Positions 60,101 through 64,000 of a stretch of 64,000 bases of DNA are shown here, piece by piece. The translations under genes were made by a program, and so were the position numbers. Positions within the stretch are counted from its first letter, which is position 1; each line of letters starts with the position of its first letter. The stretch comes from Smithellaceae bacterium (GTDB lineage: Bacteria; Desulfobacterota; Syntrophia; Syntrophales; Smithellaceae). The notes below the pieces were generated by a model. It was not told the DNA's origin. It worked only from the letters and a program-made list of their open reading frames with translations, and searched no databases. The stretch lies in contig CAXXVL010000002.1 of NCBI GenBank assembly GCA_963667845.2, forward strand, positions 1,312,001 to 1,376,000, read 5' to 3'.

Positions 60101-60594
60101 TCGTCGTCCAGCGCCTCAAAGAGAAAAGGCATAAGATCATGATAATAACGGCAGGCAGCCAGGACAAGAAGGCGATAAACCTCGCCCTGAGGGTCCGTTG
60201 AGGGTATCCGTCCGTCGAGAAGGTCGTTGATCCGGACGGGATTGGTAAATGGGACAAGTTCGGCGGGCAATGCACCATTACGGGTAAGCTTCAGTATTTC
60301 GGGCTGGGTTTCTTCCTCGTTCGCCGGCGTAATGACGCGGCAGAGGAAAGGATGCCAGCCGCGTGCATCGAGAAAGCGCAGGGCGGCAAGACGGTTGAAC
60401 CAGGTATAGGCCACGCGTTCCACAAGGCTGGTGCAATCCTTTTCCGCCTTCCCCTTGATGTTTGTTCTCTGCTGCGACTTTTCGCGCAAATCCGGTGTGT
60501 CGCCGGTGAGGACGAAATCGAGTTTCCGTCCGACGGCTTCGATTAGTTGGAGGCGGACTGCCGGGGCAAAATTTTTAAGAGCATTCAAATTCAT
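57133..60594 (-). CDS. pglX: BREX-1 adenine methyltransferase PglX (BrxX)
   Basis: AYTWFNR, TQLFTPHWIV, DPATGSGH, NPPY, KRPIYW, LDDGVKVNY; start placed at ATG 60594. Confidence 0.95.
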   Translation of the reverse strand: MNLNALKNFAPAVRLQLIEAVGRKLDFVLTGDTPDLREKSQQRTNIKGKAEKDCTSLVERVAYTWFNRLAALRFLDARGWHPFLCRVITPANEEETQPEILKLTRNGALPAELVPFTNPVRINDLLDGRIPSTDPQGEVYRLLVLAACRYYHDLMPFLFEALDDETELLLPDDLLTEHSVVQGFRDDITDDDCAEVEIIGWLYQFYIAEKKDQVMARKSPVPVEDIPAVTQLFTPHWIVRYLVENSLGRLWLLNRPGSALRKHMPYYIEGEPETDFLKITKPEEIRLLDPATGSGHMLTYSFDLLYLIYEEEGHAPGEIPGLILRHNLFGLEICSRATQLAQFALVCKAREKSRLAFRTPIQPQVMCLEDVKITSEEMTDYLRLPGLRELFSENVLRQVHQFREDTSTFGSLIQPLLSAAEIATLKSRLAMVNPGDDLLCQETHRKVLRAFDQAEMLTQRYHVVVANPPYMKSKFFNGPLKRMTEKTYSEGHPDLYGCYIQQNIRLALDDGQIGMITIPNWLFLSSFADLRESLIYGINVQTLIHNGRGVWGADFGSCAFTIKNSLPSSKLAHFRRLFQKTSEVQSNAQLESNFFDRNNYPIHNCDCSGFQPLPFHIFAYWISPALAAVFGNSQIIEDVGIVRQGFQTGDNDRFMRFWHEVGHSKSKYDATTKDDVSGQIKWVPYNKGGEFQKWYGNNDYVVAFDEENYNVLLTSGNCLPSRNLYFREGVTWSALSISLFSARHSPPGFTFSAKGAGCFPSQSEVFFILALLNTVVARKLFEFMAATVDFNVGSIRQVPLPRNHASFQAVVTKQTQSCVTLARADWDNFETSWDFSDQPLLRSGLKGATLEASWRNWETQNTAAIRQMQELETENNRLFIDAYDLQDELTPDVPEEQITLARADARRDIAAFLAYAVGCMMGRYSLDHPGLILADAGDTLEHYLSKIGKPFDQLTFTPDADGVIPVLDREWFEDDIVARTRDFLRATFGVATLEVNVRFIEESLGKDLRKYFMTDFYKDHLQTYKKRPIYWLFQSPKKSFSALIYLHRYTHDTVNVLLNGYLRDYLHKLQSRIEHLEHVQATSESAREKTAALRESDALKKTLRECEEYEREIILPLAQQRIELDLDDGVKVNYLKFGKALAPIPGLAAKEED

Positions 60595-60601
60595 CTTTTC
60601 C

Positions 60602-63600
60602 TCACAGGCTGATCCGCACGCCCTTCTTGATCTCAGCGAGAGCAATCTTGCGTAAGGCTTCCAGCCAGCGGTCAAGATCCTCTTCAGTGGCGACATATGT
60701 CAGACCGCATTCGGCCTTTAAGCTGGCTGCGGATATAAAACGCGCTTCAGCGATGCCTGTTGGTTTATCCCCAGTATTCTCAGGATAATTGCCCGAACGC
60801 GGTTTCGGTGTCGCCAAGCGGTTCAGCAAGGCGAGTTGGGCCGGATAATCTGTCGATGTATAACGGGCCAGGCGATCCCTGATGGTGCTGATGAACCGGG
60901 CAGATTTCAAGGATTGCCGGATCTCATCCGATTTCTGAAGCACCTGGGTCTTCTGTGGATCGCTGAGTCCTGCAAAATCCGGCACTGCCTTTAGTTTCGT
61001 CTCATGCTCTTCGAGGACTGCCGTACTTCGCAAACGCTCTTCGTTCAGCTTCGCGTCAATCAGGGCGCGGACAAGGGTCACGGCTGCTTTAGCATCGGGG
61101 ATGACAGGGCCTCGGTACGGTTGGATGGATGTCGCCAAGAGCCGCAGAGGGGCAATATCTTCAGTGGATACTTCGGCGAAGTTGGCTTCCTCTTCCCGGA
61201 GAAAGGTCATCGCTTCGTCGTAGACCTTCCGCTGCGGTCCTTTCATAAAAGCCTTGATCGGATCAAGGAGGTCGCCTTTGGCTGTCAGTAATTCGTCCTG
61301 AAAATCGGCCAGATTATTGAGGAGATGGGTGAAATACTTACCCCCTAAGTCCTCGATGCTGCGGATTACCGGTTCGAGATTTCCCAGAAACGGATAGCGG
61401 CTTTGCTGGTCTTGCAACGCTCGCAACTCGCGACCTTCCTTAATCAGCATGTCAGAGGTAAGTTGGGCTACGGAACGGGCGTCCGTGGCATCGTTCATCT
61501 GGTCGAATAACTCCTGATGGAATCGTTTCAATGCGGCTACTGTGGCCGGGCTGAATTGTTCCTGCAACCGGACACGCACGGCGCCGTGCTGGCGGGTATT
61601 TTTCAGCGCATCCAGGGCGGCTCGCGCATCGAGGAGGTCGGTCGTGCGCAGTTCTACTTTTCCAAGGCGGAACAAACGGGCTATAAAAGTGAGGACGGCC
61701 ATGGGATACCAGCCGCAGGGCCGTTTTCCAAACTGACGAATGATCTCCTCCACGGAAACCCGCTCTCCGCTGCTCTGGTTGCGATCAACATAGGTCAGGA
61801 TTTCCTGCTCCGCCTCGGACAGGGTAAGATCTATCCCTTCCAGTAAATCACTTGGGTCAAGCAGCGTCCTAGATAATGTCGTCTCGTCATACGTGCCTTT
61901 CAGCATCTTCAGGCTCGGATAGGCAAAGCGGATAAGTTCCTGGGCAGCTTTGGCAAAACGGTTGCGGGCATCTCCTTCGCCGACGCTTTCCAGCCGTGAC
62001 GCGTTCAGATACAGAGGGGTCTTGCTTAGCAATTCGGCGCAGCGCAGTTGCAGGTCGCTGCGGCGTTTGCTGTTTTGCTGACCTCGTTCGGTCAGGATGG
62101 ATCGCCGCGTTTCCTCAATCCCTGCCCCAGTATTCTGCTGGATGTATTTCTGCGTTTTCAGATAGAGACGGGCCTCGTCGATGAGCCGATTATCGCTTGG
62201 TAGGACGGCAAGAAGTTCAGCCTTGCCGGTGTTCTGGGCAATCAACGCCGTAAGATTTTCGTGATTTGGATGATCGGGGGTGATGACATTGATACCCACG
62301 TCCGCATCCTTGCCCACCAAATGATCGTCAAGACGCCGGGCGCAGGTATAATCCTGGTAGTTGCCTTCATACCGGATTTTGGGATCACGGAGCACATCCG
62401 AAAAAATAATGTCGCCGAGGAGCTTCATAAGCTGAAATTCCTCGATCTCCGTATTCTTGATTTCAACCTCAATATCTTTTTCCATGTCGGTCAGGAATTC
62501 GTAAAACTCCCCGTTCCGCTGGAGATAGGATTGGGTTTCGAGGAGATTGAGTGCTGTACGGACCGCTTTTTCATGGGCCGCAATGTCCACATCCGGTTTA
62601 TCGATAAGCAGTATGGCGATGTTGCGCGGCGTCGCCTTGAATTCTCTGACCCATTTCAGAAGGAACAGGGCCTTGAGGATACGTTTCGCCACAGGATTGT
62701 CCAGCTGTCTTTCCGCCTGGCGGACGGAGGTCTGAAAATCGCCGCGAATCGATGCGGCGATGCCGTCGAACATCAGATCAAACGGAGCAAGCGCGCCGAC
62801 ATCATGTTTTGTGAGTTTTTTCGCAACTTCCTGAAATACCGATAGCATGGAGCGTTCACCAACGGCCGTGTGCCTGCCGGTGAACGCGTCATGTTCCGAG
62901 AGCCGCACAATGGCTTTTTGGAAAAGGTCAAATTGATAGGGATGAAAGGGGTAAAAACCGCAAAACTCATCGCTGCCACGCCATCCCTTGAACTCCATTG
63001 AACCATCACCAAAACGGAAGAGGGTCTGCAAATTATCGCGTTCAAGATCATAGATCGCCGTCAAGACAGGTGGTTCATCTTCCTTTTTGGCCAGCAGGCG
63101 CTTCTGGATGACTTCACGCACATCCGCGCTGGTAAGGGTTAACTGGGTTTTGAAACGTCCCGCGATCTTGCTGATATCCTGACCCAGTTCGGGGCGAAAA
63201 TTAACCAGAACCTTCTGCAAATCTCCCTGGGAAGTGATGAAAACCCAGGCGCGTCCTTTGCACACCGTCGCAAGGGTTTCCGTTACCGTCTGGAGATTGA
63301 GCATGAGCTTTGAGTCCTGACCGATGAACTGTCCAACCTCATCCACAAAGAAATTCAGGCGAAATCCCGGCGGCTGCTTTTCAATATAGGATTTCACCCG
63401 TTCGGCGAACGATTGGATGGAAACCTTGTAGCTATCCCGTTTGCGGTCAAAAAGTTTCAAACACTCCTCATACGTTTTCCCGGAATGCTTTGCGTAGGCT
63501 TTAGCAAAGGTCTCGTTTTCCAGAGTCTCGATGACGGGAAGATCCTCTTTCCAGGAACGACCGCTAACGTCAGCATAGGTTTTTCTGAAATCTTGCAGTT

Positions 63601-64000
63601 CGCCGCGTGAATCCAGGTCGCATTCAAACTCGGCAATATGCCCTTGCTTGGCATAGTAGCCCTGCAGTTCGTTAAGAACCTTGACGAATACTTCCAGAAT
63701 AGGCGCGGTCGAATCCCCACCGATTGCGTCTGCTTTTTGATCAATATTGAAAAGTAAACTTCGTGAGGGGATGGATGCGGCGCGTTTCAGGTCGCCTTGC
63801 ACAATCTCATCATCTATTTTAGGCAGGATTATTTGGGCGACAGTCTGACCGTTCTGTAAAGTCCGGTTCTCCAAGATCAAGGAAAGTATCTTGAGAAGAT
63901 GGGACTTTCCAGAACCGAAGAAGCCGGAGATCCACACCCCGTTGTCGTTTGTTTCATTCAGGTACCGGTTGGCTAATTGGTCAAAGCCTTTGCGGATTTC
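60602..64000 (-). CDS. brxC: BREX P-loop ATPase BrxC (5' end outside the window)
   Basis: Frame open to the window edge: NGVWISGFFGSGKSHLLK, FVDEVGQ, YPFHPYQ, GERS. Confidence 0.95.
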   Translation of the reverse strand, partial: EIRKGFDQLANRYLNETNDNGVWISGFFGSGKSHLLKILSLILENRTLQNGQTVAQIILPKIDDEIVQGDLKRAASIPSRSLLFNIDQKADAIGGDSTAPILEVFVKVLNELQGYYAKQGHIAEFECDLDSRGELQDFRKTYADVSGRSWKEDLPVIETLENETFAKAYAKHSGKTYEECLKLFDRKRDSYKVSIQSFAERVKSYIEKQPPGFRLNFFVDEVGQFIGQDSKLMLNLQTVTETLATVCKGRAWVFITSQGDLQKVLVNFRPELGQDISKIAGRFKTQLTLTSADVREVIQKRLLAKKEDEPPVLTAIYDLERDNLQTLFRFGDGSMEFKGWRGSDEFCGFYPFHPYQFDLFQKAIVRLSEHDAFTGRHTAVGERSMLSVFQEVAKKLTKHDVGALAPFDLMFDGIAASIRGDFQTSVRQAERQLDNPVAKRILKALFLLKWVREFKATPRNIAILLIDKPDVDIAAHEKAVRTALNLLETQSYLQRNGEFYEFLTDMEKDIEVEIKNTEIEEFQLMKLLGDIIFSDVLRDPKIRYEGNYQDYTCARRLDDHLVGKDADVGINVITPDHPNHENLTALIAQNTGKAELLAVLPSDNRLIDEARLYLKTQKYIQQNTGAGIEETRRSILTERGQQNSKRRSDLQLRCAELLSKTPLYLNASRLESVGEGDARNRFAKAAQELIRFAYPSLKMLKGTYDETTLSRTLLDPSDLLEGIDLTLSEAEQEILTYVDRNQSSGERVSVEEIIRQFGKRPCGWYPMAVLTFIARLFRLGKVELRTTDLLDARAALDALKNTRQHGAVRVRLQEQFSPATVAALKRFHQELFDQMNDATDARSVAQLTSDMLIKEGRELRALQDQQSRYPFLGNLEPVIRSIEDLGGKYFTHLLNNLADFQDELLTAKGDLLDPIKAFMKGPQRKVYDEAMTFLREEEANFAEVSTEDIAPLRLLATSIQPYRGPVIPDAKAAVTLVRALIDAKLNEERLRSTAVLEEHETKLKAVPDFAGLSDPQKTQVLQKSDEIRQSLKSARFISTIRDRLARYTSTDYPAQLALLNRLATPKPRSGNYPENTGDKPTGIAEARFISAASLKAECGLTYVATEEDLDRWLEALRKIALAEIKKGVRISL

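Larger units (their letters stand above)
38936..64000. mobile_element. tRNA-Thr-anchored genomic (defence) island, right end outside the window
   Basis: Abrupt switch to AT-richer DNA after the tRNA; tandem TTTACCACTT repeats; excisionase/primase/ATPase module; defence cargo. Confidence 0.8.

Noticed and set aside
60595..60696. N-terminal extension of pglX in the ORF track
   Set aside because: Overlaps the brxC 3' end; ATG 60594 has a GAGG RBS and a typical PglX start
38936..64000. attR (duplicated tRNA-Thr 3' end), island integrase, brxA/brxB
   Set aside because: Not found by eye within the window; they may lie beyond base 64000

Overview
The window has two parts. Bases 1-38.9 kb are host chromosome whose gene content suggests an anaerobic, fatty-acid-oxidising deltaproteobacterium (Syntrophales/Smithella-like; inference). 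It holds murJ, yggU, yggT and proC; an integrase-less pair of integron-like cassettes (8.4-9.4 kb); a TetR-led cluster with two near-identical 4-hydroxybutyryl-CoA dehydratase-family genes, an SDR, an Old Yellow Enzyme-type reductase and two epoxide-hydrolase-like enzymes; a mosaic of accessory genes (TIR protein, frameshifted ion channel, Tat-signal IorA-like TPP protein, mug, MsrP-like pair, histidine kinase); and thiolase, acyl-CoA dehydrogenase and rpsT. From tRNA-Thr(CGT) at 38860-38935 to the window end lies a genomic island. It starts with an FseA-like (DUF6499/DUF2285) regulator, an excisionase-like HTH, a degenerate primase and an ATPase. Its cargo is defence-type: an orphan 2TM protein with a small partner, a thermonuclease remnant, an IetAS-like AAA+/S8 protease pair, an HTH-ParA plus partner operon with an internal start, two highly self-complementary non-coding tracts, a PD-(D/E)XK nuclease, and a type 1 BREX locus (brxC partial, pglX, pglZ, and brxL ending in a PLD-like MIT_C domain instead of Lon). 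The best candidates for an undescribed system are the HTH-ParA operon and the 2TM/small-protein pair. All calls come from reading motifs by eye; no database searches were run.
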